DNA of 64,000 nucleotides from Octopus sinensis (taxonomy: Eukaryota), in NCBI RefSeq assembly GCF_006345805.1, contig NC_043002.1, positions 67,828,001 through 67,892,000 on the forward strand, written 5' to 3'. The position numbers and the translations under genes were made by a program. The notes below the pieces were generated by a model. That model was not told the DNA's origin. It worked only from the letters and a program-made list of their open reading frames with translations, and did not search any database. This document shows positions 33,381 through 47,952 of this stretch, piece by piece (the stretch's first letter is position 1; every line of letters begins with the position of its first letter).

Positions 33381-35669
33381 AACGTTATAACAATATCGAT
33401 AAAACAATACAAGTGGGAGGAAAGTGTACTTGTAGCTGCATAGTTTTATCTCAAATGTTGCGTACTTTTTTCCTCTCTCTCTCTCTCTCTTTCAGTGATA
33501 CAGTATTTTATTGAGGAGAGGGAAGCAAAGAAAGAAAAAGAAAAGGAATAGATATTTATTATATTGCATTAAGACTGAGATAGGAGGAACGGAAAACATT
33601 TCCAACACTTTGGAATTATCACTAAATTTTAATATAATACAATAAATATATTTGCCGAACATATACAAGGTGATCACACACACACACACACAGCGGTATA
33701 GATGTGTGAATCTCTCTACCTATCTGATAGATAGATAAATAGATATGATGCGCAACACAGCGACCATGTGTATTCAAACGCTCACACAGACACATAACAT
33801 TTGTCGAAATACTACAACAGAAATTTCTTAATGGAATTTCTATAACTACACAACACTGAAAGCTGCGTGTTCCGTACAATTCACTGCGTTAAACATACTA
33901 CTTACACACATTGCTCCCAAAATATTTACTTGATTGTTAGCACGTTAAATATCGAGTTCTTTTGAATCGAGAGAGAAAAACAATTGCTATTGTGGTGATC
34001 ATGTATGTCTCTTAAAACAACAGTGAAATGAAAACAACAGTTTGCCAGCGGAAACCGAAACCAGTTCGCTATGTTAACTTATAAAACACACACACGCACG
34101 TACGCAAAGAAAACATTGAGTTTATTAACTCTTCATCTTCCACTGTAATTCCATTCACATTTTTTAAAAAGGAATATTAAGTCAGTACTGCACTTAACTA
34201 GTAAATTAGTTTATCACCTTCCAGAAGAACGAGATTCAAAATTTACTTCGGCAAGATTTGAACGCTGAACGGAAAGGGTCATGACTGAGTAAATACCACT
34301 AAAGTCCGATGTTCTCACCATTCAGCTGATCAGTTTTATTTAGTTTTATTATGTTTCAAGAAAAAAAAAAAAAACTGGAATAGTTTCAACTGGAAATCGA
34401 AACCTTAATTGCTTATCTTGGCAAACTATTTGCTGTTGTAATAGAACAAAATAAAATTAAAAGATAAAATTAGAAAATGCTTTATGGTCGTTGAGACATT
34501 TCACCTTGCTATTCAATAATAATTGTGATTCTCTCGAAACAATTCTCTTTGAAATTAACTTTACGACAGCATTTCGTAATAATACGACTTGTAGATTGGA
34601 TTGACCTCGACGAAATAAAGGAAAAGTCGATCTCGAGAACTGACTCCTTCCTTTCTTTATTGTTCAATTGCGCGCTCAATGACTATAAACGAAGTCGGAG
34701 GATTTGTTGAATCGGTGGAGTGACAAACAAAAACGCATTGCAGTATTTAATTACATCTCTCTGTTCTGAGTTCAAATCCTATCATGACCAGAGCTGCCTT
34801 TTATCCTTCTAGATATCGATCAAATAAAACGGAGACCAAATAAAAAAAATTTACTAAGTTTGCACGGGAAATATAACCGTTTTAAAGTTATATATTTTGG
34901 GGGGAAATTGTAGAGACCTATTGCTTATTTTGTTTTCTTACTTCTGTATAACAGAATTATTGATAAATGAATTTCCAAGGCGTTCAAGCATTAATATGTA
35001 TTTTCTAAAGTTTTAAATTATATTTTTAAAAACCTGTGATGCATTTAGATACTACCCGCATTACGGCGAACCGAACTACTGCTAAAAAGCATTATAGAAG
35101 TGAAGTGAATGGAATTATGATAGAAATAGTAATAGAATGACTCCTCTAAAAATGTGAGTCCTTAAGCCTGTGCTAGAGATCAATATGAAATAACAATACT
35201 GTGTTTATACTGTCGTTATAACTACTACTTCTACTCACAGGCACCGATTTTGAATGAAGTACTATTCTGACTGAGAGACTTAAACGCGGTCTTAATTCAA
35301 ACACTGAGACATAACACCGATTGTTTTTAACTTTGTGTACAAGTCAAATACAGATCAAGTATGTGATCGATCACAGACCTACTAGAAATAGGAGGTAAAT
35401 CTCCTTCAAATCACACCCAGTTGAGTTAAACGAATAGAAAATCAAAGCAGAAAGAAAAGAAGAAAGAGAGGGCCACCTTGAATATGAAGTCCCTATTTTA
35501 TCAAAAACGCTGAGATAGCGAGGACTGAAACGGCTTTGGTCGCAAGTCTCCTTGATCGTGGGCATTTAACCGAATACACTGAGATATGAAAGGAAAAAAA
35601 ACAAACAATTAAACAATTAAGCTTACACAGAAAAACAAATCTCTCTCTCCCTATATATATATATATATA

Positions 35670-35855
35670 TATATTACTTGTTTCAGTCATTAGGCTGCGG
35701 CTGTGCTGAATCGACTCCTTTTTAAGCCTAGTACTATTGAGAAGATCGCCGAGATTTATTGCCGAACTGCTAAGTTACGAGGATATACATATACAAAAAC
35801 GGGTTGTCAAGCAGTGGTGGGGAACAACCATATATACAAAGACACACACACATAC

Positions 35856-35905
<50 letters not shown>

Positions 35906-36072
35906 TATACAGCGGGCTTCTATCAGTTTTTGTCCACCAGATCCACTCACAAGGCTTTGGTCGGCTCGAGGACATAGTAGAAGACACCTGCGCAAGGTGC
36001 CATGCAGTGGGATTGAACCTTGAACCATGTGGTTGGGAAGCAAACTTCTTACTATACAGACACGCTTGCACA
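35670..36072 (-). mobile_element. tRNA-derived SINE family A
   Basis: Homologous to 12088-12524; (TA)n core. Confidence 0.8.
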
Positions 36073-36129
36073 TGGGACACACACACACACACAGAGTAGT
36101 CTGGGTCTAAATAATCCTTTCTACTGGAA

Positions 36130-36548
36130 AGGATTATTTTTTCAAATTCTGGGGAAAAGGGATTAAGTCGATTACATCGACTCCAGTGCGTAACTGGTAC
36201 TAATTTTATCGACCCCGAAAGGATGAAAGGCAAAGTCAACCTCGGCGGAATTTGAACGCAGAACGTAACGACAGAGGAAATACCGCTGAGCATTTCGCCC
36301 TGCCAGCTCACCGCCTTAAAATACCTATTTCTTTACTACCCACAAGGGGCTAAACACAGAGAGGACAGACTAACAGATTAAGTCAATTATATCGACCCCA
36401 GTGCGTAACTGGTACTTATTTAATCGACCCCGAAAGGATGAAAGGCAAAGTCGACCTCGGCGGAATTTGAACTCAGAACGTAGCGGCAGACGAAATACCG
36501 CTAAGCATTTCGCCCGGCGTGCTAACGATTCTGCCAGCTCGCCGCCTT
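36130..36548 (-). mobile_element. SINE family B dimer
   Basis: Two consecutive bodies; the 36370-36548 copy is near-consensus and CpG-intact. Confidence 0.85.
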
Positions 36549-38449
36549 TCAAGGTCTAAATAATGCCAACATCTATTATAACCGTACATCAAGCGTATAA
36601 AATTACTGTAGGGACAACTCAAGTAGATATACGGCATGATAGAACGATAGTACAGGAATGCGTGAGTGAAGATCTTCACAGTCCTATCGCAATGACCGAA
36701 TTAATGAAATACCGAACTCTCAGTTCACGCTCTATATTTAATATCCTTATTACATGCGTTGTTTTTCGTTAACTTAAAACAAAGCATTTATTTATATTGC
36801 TGTCACTTTTTCTGTATCGCTAAGAAAAGCTGGCGAAAAGCTACTTATATATTATGTATACATGATTTTCATAACATCTCCTTTGGACAATGTGAATAAT
36901 GATTGTTTAATCAGACAAACGAGCATGTATGAATGTTAGTGTATGCTATATTGCTTTCTCGCACTGGCGGAAGGTACAAATTTGTTGAAGAAGAGAAGTG
37001 TCATCGAAAGAAACCTGTTTATTTGATCGAACCTGAGGAGGTGAAATGTAAATTTGTCTCCAGCAGGATTTCAGTTGAACTTTGAAAACACAAGGATGAA
37101 GCGAATAATTGTAGGGAGTTTAATCTAGAGCTCCTGCGTTATTTTTCCTTTGCTTATCATTCCAGAATGTCTGTTAACAATTTGGCGCATCATATCCAAG
37201 AAGCTTGGCTCTTTTTCTTCAGTTTTCTTGCAGACAAAGATCGGTCTTTTCCTTTTTCTATCATAATTCAATCCACATCTGAGACATATAGATCGACTCT
37301 GTACTTTATTTTATCATTCCGGTACTTAGAAAGACAAAGGTGACCATGGCGTGATTTGAACTCAGAAAGTAAAAGCCGGAACTGAAAACTGCCAATCATT
37401 TTTATCCAAAAAAATAAAAAGAGAGAAAAAGAAAAAAATCAACCATCAAACAAAGGTACAGAACCATTTTAAACGAATCTTTGTAACCGTGTAAAGTAAA
37501 AAAAAAATCAGATACTGCTCGTTAAAAGAACTTGGCATAGTTGCATAATTCTGAGGAAATACATGTTTATCCTGATGACCTTACAACGTAGACAAAGACA
37601 AATGTAATAGGCTGTTATCTAATAATAACACTAACATATATAAAAGAAAAAAAAATCAAATACTGGCGCAAACACTTGTATAAATCTAGAAGCTAAAGAA
37701 ATTTCTACCATCTTTAGTACAGATGACAGAGTAGAATAGCAAGCAATTCTCCACAAACACATCATATTACGCTTACGGACAGCAAACTAAAACTTCACTA
37801 GCAATCCGAAATGTAGATTAATTAATCCTGGAAAACCTTTATTTGGAATGGTTAGCAAATAAATTCTCGAAACGATTATTCTTAGAGTAGAAATAATACG
37901 ATATTCTTTCTAAAATGGAACAACAGAATAAGAATGTTTCCGTGGAGTCCACAATAAGCAGCAATGTAAGTTTACTTCGTTTGACATTTCTGACTTTTAT
38001 CTTTTTATCACCAAAGTTCTTTCTTTTCAAAGATTTCTTCTTAGTAAATAAAATCGCACCAGTTAGGAATCTGAGCTAATATAATAAAGAAATCCCTCTT
38101 GATTTTTGATAATTCTAACCGTTATTTTTTAAGGGCTGAATTGTACAGTAATTAATAGGAATATATGTATACTAGATCGTTTGCATAAAATAGTTCATCC
38201 AGTATTTATAGAAATTTTTATGGAGACGATGATTTTTTCGCCTCACGTAATATGAGTTGGCATAAGGTAGTTTGTTTAAAGAAAGATTTGATTGAGCTAC
38301 TTTGTAAAATAGATGTTGATCTTACTATAGCTATTTAGGCATTGCTTTGAATTTATAAACAAAGAAATTTAACCCACACTATAAACCTAATGAAAAATAA
38401 CAATAAAAGAGTTCTAACCAATGAGCCAGGTGATAAGCAAATGCTACTG

Positions 38450-39420
38450 GCAACATATTATGGGTGTCTCCTCTACAAGGTCCAGTGGCTCTGGTACCGT
38501 AGATTTGGATGGATGATTGAGATTTTCCTACACAGGAGTGGTGTCAACTATGTCTTCACAGACGGAAATGGGGATAGCCACAAGCCCCTGGCTGTCAGAT
38601 TGTGTTATAGCGTGAATCGCACAAGGTGTTAAGGAGTGGATCCCAGTAGATAGGAAGATTTGCTTTCTGAATCTTAGGCTGAAGGAAGGCTTGCTGTGGA
38701 TGTTGCAAGTATATGCACGAAACGGTGAGGACAAATACAAATCGTTCAGTAGATGTAATTCCCTAACATCTTTAGACGTAGTTAAAACCGAGTCATTTGT
38801 CCTACAAGCATATTTCAATGTACGTGTTGGCAGCAATCACCACCTAGTTGCCTACAAACTGAGACTGTCTACAGTAGGTAAAACCCATAAACCTGGTAAG
38901 TCTAGCGTAACTTCAGGTTAAAGTGGGAAACTGGGGATTTTCAATAACGACGTCAAATCCATCCTGTTTTATGGTGCTGAGCCATGGCAAATGGACAGGG
39001 ACATCCTTAAAGGGCTCTAAACATTCACGAACAGGTATCTCAGAAGAATCTTAAACACTATATACGCAAAAATTGTGAGCAATAAAGACCTTTGGGCGGC
39101 ATCCAAAAGGAAACCTGTAGCGGAATATTCAGCAATCACCCAATGTCGCGATTCGTTGGAATATGACACACATGATCAATAAATCTAACCAATCGCAACT
39201 TCGCCTAGAAAGAGTATTACACACATGCTCAACAAAATCTGGCCAATTACGATTCGATGTGGAACAGGTTCCAACAACAATTTCAACTTTTGGTGCACTC
39301 CTTTCTGAGCCCATCAATAGGTATAAAATGACATATACGCGACCAGCAACCAGAGAGCTTTAATATGTAGCATAGACAGTATGGCAGACGGATGGCTAAC
39401 AGACACGGACAACGGCTGAA
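38450..39420 (+). mobile_element. Degenerate RTE-clade LINE (endonuclease remnant joined to RT C-terminus)
   Basis: FNVRVG (GDFNARVG-like) at about 38810. From 38928 it reads KLGIFNNDVKSILFYGAEPW...TFTNRYLRRIL...VSNKDLW, which is RTE-type. Contains stop codons. Confidence 0.75.
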
Positions 39421-41499
39421 CCGAGCTAATGTCATCATAATGAACTACCGGCAGCAACGCAACGACGATCAATAACTTTTCAAATGCTATTTAAATTTCA
39501 CAAAGAACAATAACATCCAAACTCTCTCATGAAATAAAATTATTCGCAAAAACCTCAACAGATTTCGTCGTTTTCTTCTAGGTACAGCTGTTGACTTCCG
39601 ACGCTAGAAGTCACAGTCAGCTCCCAACGTCAGCAATCAAATACAGCTCCTAGCAGTTAGTCAATCAGCTCAAGTACAAGTGGTAACCACAACCAACAGC
39701 CACAAACCCATCGGCCAAAAATTAACGAGATGCAAGCGGAGCAGGGTTGGTCATAGGTTAAGAAAACCGGGGAGAAATTTGGTAAAGCAATACTTAGATT
39801 GGAATGTAAGATAGAAAAGACAGGAGGGCAGCCGAGGAGCGCTCGAGAGAAGTCCAGTCGTGTAGGAATTAAAGGAGGGGGTGACATTGAACCAAGTGAA
39901 AAAGGAAAGCACAAGAAAGACCGCGTTGAAAGACTGTTGTGAAGAGACTATGTTCCGCCAGAAATCCAAACAGAGCATCATGGTGATAATGATACAGACA
40001 TACTCGCGCATAATATATTCAAAGCCGGGCAAAATACTTAGCAGCATTTCGTCCATCTTCGTGTTCTGAGTTTAAATTCGGCCAAGGCTGACTTTGCCTT
40101 TCATAATTTCAGGATCGATAAAATAAGTAGCAATAGAGCACCCTCCCCCCGAACGTGCTGGTCTTGCAACCAAAATTTGAAACTAATATATTCAAAGCTG
40201 TGTCTGTGTGAGTCGCTGTTCAGCGTTTCGCATTTCCGATCCTCAGATGACGGGTGCTGTAATTTTTCAAACTTGTGTGTGTGTGCGCATAGGCTGATGC
40301 TGATCGGGTGATTCCGAAACCAATCTTGCCGGGATCATTGACTAAATTACGTAGGCAAATGCCATTGTGTAGAGAAAAAAAAGAAGAGAAATGGATGAAA
40401 AAAATAATAATAACAATAAGGGTACATGAAAAAGGAGGAGGGGGAGGAGAGGAAGAAGAAACGGATGAGAAATCATAGAAAAAAAAAAGAAAAACAAACG
40501 GAAAAGAATGATTAAGAATTTCAGCAGATTCTAATTAAGTGGCAATTACGGGTGCAGCAAATTTATGTGGATGAATAAATACGTAGGTAACTATTCATTC
40601 ACGCACTCACAAATGCAGGCGCACACACACACACGACATACATGATCTGAGGATAGAGACCGAGTTCTGATTAGGGATAAACATTAGGAATGTAATTTCC
40701 GGGTGGTTTTGTTCTTTTGGATGGCGTTAAAGCTTACATATAATTTAATCTATGGTACTCCCACGCACATACACAAACGTAGGGACACATCCCTATATAT
40801 ACATATATAAAGCATACATATACATACACACACACATGTATTTTGCAGGTGTACATATATACAAAGATACCAACCCTTACACTCACATACATAGCAACGT
40901 GCCTATACATAAACTGGCTTGTTTACGGTTGTCCCTGAAATCTGATAATGATCATCCTTTATTTGTATACTGTCAAGTAGTGGTTGTTGCTGATGATGTG
41001 GGGGAAGTTGCGTGTAATGAGGCAACAACACCATACGAACAATTAATTATGATTTTATTTACACCGCGTAAGTCATATTTCTAGATGACCAAGGATTATA
41101 CCAATCTTCAAATCAAATCAACACGACTGTATTGTAACATGCATGTTAAGCTGGATGCAAAGGCTTGGTACTGGAGCTTGATAAAAACATTAGCTGTACG
41201 CATTGATTTATATCTGCCAGATTATAACACATATCCAGATTGCGCATGGAGTCGCTAAAACGACTATGTTAACAGCAAGGAAGTGTGTGAAACGGACCAC
41301 AATTTGGTATACAATGAAAGTCGGCACTCAAACCCTATTAATAACCCTTGTATCGAATATTCTAGAAGGGTCTGGAATATTCTATCACCTGAAAACCGGC
41401 CGCTATTTGGCTAATAGCTCGGTCTTTCATGTGAATAGGGTTGAGCGATGTCGTGGCTTGAACTCAGTTTCGAATCTCGTTACAATACTCTTTACTGAC

Positions 41500-42290
41500 T
41501 ACATTTCAAACCTTGAAATACTGCTTCGGCTGTAGACAGACGTGTACATGTTTTGGTCGGAGACACCAGACATTACTTTACGGGTATGCCTCTTATCCTC
41601 GTTTCCCTTGTACGTTTCTCCGTCATATCTTCAATCTTCTTCCAACAGCGTCACCGACAAAGTAATCAGTGCTTAACAATGTCTTCCATACTTGAAGGGT
41701 TGATGTTGCTTTTCGTCAAAGTGATCATCAGTTGATCTCTAAACGGCTTCTTTCATCCTTCAGTCAGGTGTTGACTGTAGTGTAACTAACCATAGAGAAT
41801 CCTACATGGAATATGCGAGCTAGAAATGCACTCTACATGCCCGAGCCATCTTAGATGATGTCTGCATAGAGTAGGTTTAGCACTGACGGCGGATTTCTTT
41901 GTGCGCAGTCCTATCTCGCTAGGTGTTAAAAGCACCCCGGGTCATAATGTATCGGTTGTATGTGCTCCATGTCTCTCACGCAACATAGACAAAAACACCA
42001 GTGTGGAAGGTAGAATGGGTGTTTAGAAAAACTCTCTGAGTCTTCCAAAGGATATAGAGGGCTGTCTGGGGCAGCTTAGAATCTCCTTATGTGTACTCAT
42101 TAGAAATGGTGTCGCCTCCCTATCTGAATTAGGAAAGTGTGCTTAATTGTGGCTGGGATACTGAGATAGTGGAATGAGAGAGGATGAGGCGGTGTATCAT
42201 TGATGACTTCAGTTTTCTGAAAGTTAACTGTCAGGTCTATTCACTGATTCGTGCGGAAGCTTGCCAGGCTTAAATTTAATCGTCAGACGC
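41500..42290 (-). mobile_element. Degenerate RTE-clade LINE 3' portion
   Basis: The minus strand gives LTVNFQKTEVI, HLRWLGHVECISSSHIPCRILYG and PFRDQLMITLTKSNINP. Confidence 0.75.
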
Positions 42291-44251
42291 CCTTAAAACA
42301 GTATTAGACTAAAATAATGATTTATTTAGCATTTATAAGCCTGGAAAGCGAATATTTTTTTACTGATTTCTATATTGGAGCGAAAGTTTCAACCTAAATA
42401 AGAATGTCCGGGTACGCTCATCACTGCGGAGTCCAAATCAGGTCGAAATATCAGTGACTGACGATCTTCTGACGACATTCTGAGAGAGCTCTGTGTTTTT
42501 AAAACATAGCCTCAAGAGAAGTGTCCCTGAGACAAAATATTACAGCTTGCTCTGTTCTATATTTGTATATAGATTAAAAATGTTATACGCATCGTTTAGT
42601 CTAATGCTAACTGAAACGCGTAAATTGATTATGATGAAGAATGTACATATTTTGATCGTTATTCTTCATTTTGCCTAAAAAAAAAACATGGCAGTTTCCT
42701 CACTTTATTAAACTCCTATCATCAAGGAGATAGGATTTATGGCTTTTTAAAAAATTAGTCTCGCACAGAAATGTGGCTCTGTTCATGTACATAAAGCTAG
42801 TTGCTTGGATTCTAAGATAACTGCAAACATCATACGTAAATAATGTCTTATGTTATGATTAAAACCACTTTGTTCGATTCATCCGAATTTGTCAATCACC
42901 TCTTTTACAGAATGAAAATAATTTGTATCTTTATTCTTTATAACTAAATATTTATTTTCTTCGGGAAATTTGAAAACAAATACCCACACGGTTATTCAGT
43001 TTTATGTTTAGTCAATGTTCTTATATTCATTATCACCTAAGCGTTTCAATCTTAGATTTCGTTAATGCAATTTTAAAATTGCATTTGATAAGTTATGTCC
43101 TTCACACATGCTGAGAATAGCGTTTACTTTGAAAAGATGTTATTTGTCGTCATAACGTTGTCATAGAGATCACATTAGTTTAGAGTGAAAGAGAATAAAA
43201 TTGCGAAGAATGTATTTATTTTCGTTGTTATATACTCCTTCTTGCCTAAAGACATGGCAATTTGTTACACTCCTATTATAACTGATGCAACTAGATATTA
43301 GAACATTGGATAAACACAAGATATATTTATTACCCATGTCATTGTTTGATTTTCTAATATTTTTCAAATATATTTTGGACAAAAAAAAAATGGTTAACAA
43401 CGAAACTAAGTATATTCTTGTACCGGTGTATATAACATGTGTATACAAACGTTGAACAACACTGGCTGTAATAGTTTGAATCGGGAAAACTTCTCAAAGA
43501 GAATTATGCGTTAAAAAAGGGCTTCGTTCAGAATGTCAGTGATCGCCAGACATTGTATTTCGGCCTGATTTGGACTCCTGTGCATTAACTTCATATTCTT
43601 CATAATGTTTTCACTTCCACTCCAAACTAATGTGATTTCTATTTGTATAGCCTGCACTGTGACTATAAATAACATGTATTTGAATTGATCAATACGCTGA
43701 ATTTCTTTGATATGCGTAACTACACGAATGTAATTATCATCTAAGTTTAAATTTCAAATTTGTGCTGAGTAAGCCTAAGAGAGAGAAACACAGGCGCGTT
43801 GAATATTATTAGACCCACAGCTGTCACTCGTCAGCATGACTTAACAAAATGTACCATGCTTTTCTTAATTGTCTTAGGTACCGGCACAGTCGCTGACATG
43901 ACATCCTCCCGGCTCCTCCAGCGAAACATCGAGGATGTGACCGCTGGAGAATAGGGAGACGGCTGTACCAGTAACCCGCTGATACTTATTTCTAGAGCGT
44001 AGACTGTAGCAAGGTGACATGTAGTGCTTCGCTCAAGAACACTACACGCTACCAGATCCAAGAATCGAACACGATGATAGCCACCCCATAAATCTAATCA
44101 TGAAGCCACGTGCCTTCAGACTAGATTATTAGGACATTGAATTAATGCTAAGTAGATTAGGCATGTTATTATTTGTTTTTCAATTTTTAAATCAATTGTG
44201 TAAAAGAAATAAATCAAAATAAAATAAAGTTTCAAGATAAATCTTTCAATA

Positions 44252-45060
44252 CTCTGGGTTGCGTCATCAACGATGTTTCAGAGGCCGTAGGGGTTTTTTT
44301 GGTGGGGTTTCAATATCAGGCCCTTTCAATGCGGGACTCGATCAACCAGCCAGGGTTGATCAAGCCCCTCCTTGCATCTTAGCAGCAACTAACCATGGGC
44401 CTACCCTCTTCATCCTAAGAAATATAGTAGCTTCAATGAGAAGACGTGTATTCTCGGTTCTTGTTGTACCAGTGATTCCAACTCAACCAAACTTTGCAGA
44501 GTGAGCATCCCACAAACAACAGCAGCTCACTTTAGCTAGTACGCATTGAGGCCGCCAGCCCCAGCTTTCGCATTTCTCTTACCAGCTCCTGGTATTTGGT
44601 AAGTTTTCTCTGATATGCCTTCTCCATGTGTTCTTCCCAGGGCACAGTCAGTTTCTCACGCGGTTACTTGCTTGGTGGAATCGGAGGAAACGATTAAGTC
44701 TGAATGGAGTGTTGTTTGTAAAATGTGACGAGGAAACTTTTGTTATGCAAGATCTATTCTCAGCTACGAGTCTGGGGCCACGTAAAGTAGGCAAGTTTTC
44801 ATCTTTGACAATATAGAGCTTCTCTCCAGTTTTCAGAAAAGGCATAGTTTCCTTTTTGAGGTGATGTTTAATGGATTGCACAACTGTTATCAGCTCCATA
44901 ACTGCCTTAAGCATCTGGTCATGACGTCAGCAGTGGTAACCATCAGCTGAGATTTTATGGTAGCTACTGAAATGTTGAAGGTGTCCCTCTTTCAGCACAT
45001 AGAGAGTAGGAAGGTAATTCGCCCCAGCTAGAATATCTTTACTTAACGGTTCCTCTTGTT
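44252..45060 (-). mobile_element. HERO-like (R2 group, REL-endonuclease) non-LTR retrotransposon 3' fragment
   Basis: The minus strand gives RHDQMLKAV, LTVPWEEHMEKAYQRKLTKYQELV and LGITG, followed by a 3'UTR starting GGCTTGATCAACCCTGGCTG. Clade assignment is from recalled motifs. Confidence 0.72.
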
Positions 45061-45289
45061 GTTGTCATCGCAAATTCTTCTGAAAAGCAGCTGTGAGGTT
45101 TTAGAACATCTGAAGCTTTATTCTATAAAAGAGGCAAATAACAAACATGCATGCATAGATGGATGGATGGATGGGATTCAGTGTCGCTAATGCATATCAA
45201 CAATACTGTGGAGAGAAAATACTTCAGGGAAGATCCTGCATACTAAATACTCATATCCTTGCAAAAGTCGATTCTCATTGACCATTGGC

Positions 45290-46702
45290 TTCATACTTTG
45301 GTTCCAAATTTTGGTACAGGACCAGCGGTTTTTGAGAGAAGGGGGAAGTCGATTACATTGACACCCCCCCCCCCGTACTTGATTGGCATTTATTCTATCG
45401 ATTCCGAAAGGATGAAGCGCAAAGTCAGCTTCGGCGGAATTTGAAATCAGAACGTAAAGGCGTTAGAAATACCACTAAGCATTTTGTCCGATGCGGTAAC
45501 GATTCTACCAGTTCCCTGTCATTCTCTTTGTATATTAATGACCTTCAAGGACGGGGCGAAATTTCGTCCCCAATTTATTCATATATTTATTTTTATAAAA
45601 TATTCAATTCGAATACTATACCAGAATAACCTAATTTTAATTTTCTTTCTAGGTCTAGTTAGTTATTTTGGTCTTTTTGGAATTAAAGTTGAAATATTTC
45701 AGGACAGAATCCATTAAATCAAGGACATATCTCCAAGTACTGGGGTCGATTGTTTACCCTAAAAAAATTGCTGCCTTTTGCGTCGATCAGAAACCATTAT
45801 AATTACTATTTGTATGGCGGCGAATGGCAGGATCGTTAGTGCGTCGGGCAAAACGCCAATTTGCATTTCTTCCCGTTGTTTACATTCAAAGTTCAAATCC
45901 CACCGAAGTCAGCTTTACCTCTATCCTTAAAGGCTTGATAAAATAAAATACCAGTTACATAGAAGGGTCAGTGTAATCAATTAATCCCTTAGCCCTAAAA
46001 TTGCTGAACCAAAATTTGGAAGAATTATTAGGATTTTATGATAGAAATGATATCGCCAGACAATTTACTTTACAATATTTAGTTATGTCAAGGTGGCGAG
46101 CTGGAAGAAACAGCGCGCCGGACGAAATGCTTAGCGGTATTTCGTCTGCCGCTACGTTCTGAGTTCAAATTCTGCCGAGGTCGACTTTGCCTTTCATCCT
46201 TTCGGGGTCGATTAAATAAGTACCAGTTACGCACTGGGGTCGATATAATCGACTTAATCCGTTTGTCTGTCCTTGTTTATCCTCTCTGTGTTTAGCCCCT
46301 TGTGGGTAGTAAAGAAACAGGTATTTCGTCTGGCGCTACATTCTGAGTTCAAATTCCGCCGAGGTCGACTTTGCCTTTCATCCTTTCGGGGTCAATAAAT
46401 TAAGTATCAGTTGCTGACTGAGATCGATCTAATCGACTGGCCCCCTCCCCAAAAATTTCGGGCCTTGTGCCTAGAGGAGAAAAGAATATTCAGTTAGGTC
46501 TTGTAAGGCGGCGAGCTGGCAGAATGCTTAGCCGCATTTCGAACGTCTCTATTTTCTGAGTTCAAATCCCGCCGGGGTCGACTTTGCTTTTCATCCATTC
46601 GGGGGTCAATAAAATAAGTACCATTTGAGCACTGGCGTCGATGTAGTTGACTTGCCACCTCCCGATCTTGCTGGCCTTGTGCTAAAATTTGAAACTAATA
46701 TT
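45290..46702. mobile_element. Cluster of SINE family B copies (45290-45515 -, 45815-46030 +, 46090-46490 + dimer, 46503-46702 +)
   Basis: Repeated TTCTGAGTTCAAAT..GCCGAGGTCGACTTTGCCTTTCATCC core. Confidence 0.85.
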
Positions 46703-46769
46703 TAGTAGTCTTCTTTCTATTTTATACTGGGAGTTCAAATCGTGTTAAATCATACTTCTTTATTTATTC

Positions 46770-47035
46770 GTGGAGGCACATGGCCTAGTGGTTAGTGCAG
46801 CGGACTCGCGGTCGAGGGATCGTGGGTTCGAATCTCAGACCGGGTGATGTGTATGTTTATGAGCGAAACACCTAAGCTCCACGCGGCTCCGGCAGAAGGT
46901 AATGGCGAACTTCTGCTGACTCTTTCGCCACAACTTTCTCTCACCTGCGACGGACCGGCATCCCGTCCAGGTGCGGAACCCATACGCCAAGGAAACCGGG
47001 AAACCGGCCCTATGAGCCAGGCATGGCTTGAAAAG
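46770..47035 (+). mobile_element. tRNA-derived SINE family C
   Basis: A box TGGCCTAGTGG and B box GGTTCGAATC, followed by the family body. Confidence 0.85.
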
Positions 47036-47057
47036 GAACAAACAATTTTATTTATTT

Positions 47058-47097
<40 letters not shown>

Positions 47098-47764
47098 TAC
47101 GTAAGAAGGTGTGATTAAAATAAGTACCAGTCATGAACTGTGTAAATTCAAGCGCAGCCTCTTCCTCTATAAATTCGTGGCCATGTGCTAATAATGACAG
47201 TAACTGTAATTAGAACAGTGAATTGAGGGCAATTGCAGGAAGTTTAGTATCTAGTTCGGTGTTTGACGGGAATACAGATTACGGCAATATTGATTCTTAC
47301 CATTCTTCCTACGGAAGTCGAAGAAATAGGTATTAGTAAGACATTAAAGTTGGTCACTATCGCTACTTTTACAATATTTGGCTGACTGCCTAGGTTAAAA
47401 AAAAATAATAATAAAATGAATTAATAAATAAACACAGAAATCGTTGCTGTCGTCATTACGATCATCACCACCATGATTATTATCTCCATCACCATCATCG
47501 TAATAAGGATAGCGTCATACTCTTCTACTGGGGTCGACAATTGTGTGTGTGGGTGTGTGGTTAATGACTTACTTTTAAAATGAGCACACTCGTTGTTTAG
47601 CTCCAGGTAAAGCCAGATCGAACAGAGACTGCGATCAAACCATAAGTGTGGAAACGAAGTTTACTTACGAGGGTGCAAACCCATGTTTTTAGGAGGATGT
47701 TCAAAACATTTACGTTGCCCCTCCCCCAACCTAAAAAAAAAATTATGAATAAAGGGGTGCACAT

Positions 47765-47897
47765 AAAGTGGCTGTGTTAAGTAGCTTGCTTACTAACCAC
47801 ATGGTTCCGGGTTCAGTCCCACTGCGTGGCACCTTGGGCCCGTGTCTTCTACTATAGCCTCGGGCCGACCAAAACCTTGGTAGACAGAAGCCCGTTG

Positions 47898-47952
<55 letters not shown>

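Noticed and set aside
35703-36311. ORFs of 93-178 aa with YIYIYI runs (also at 12225-12600, 47743-48044, 59173-59631)
   Set aside because: They are translations of SINE A and its (TA)n core.
39763-39951. Lys/Gly-rich open frame KKTGEKFGKAILRLECK...
   Set aside because: No start codon, poor splice acceptor and no recognisable homology; probably a transposon remnant or chance.
46770-46845. tRNA-like sequence with A and B boxes
   Set aside because: The acceptor stem does not pair and the sequence continues into the family C body. It is a SINE head, not a tRNA gene; the same applies to family A and B heads.
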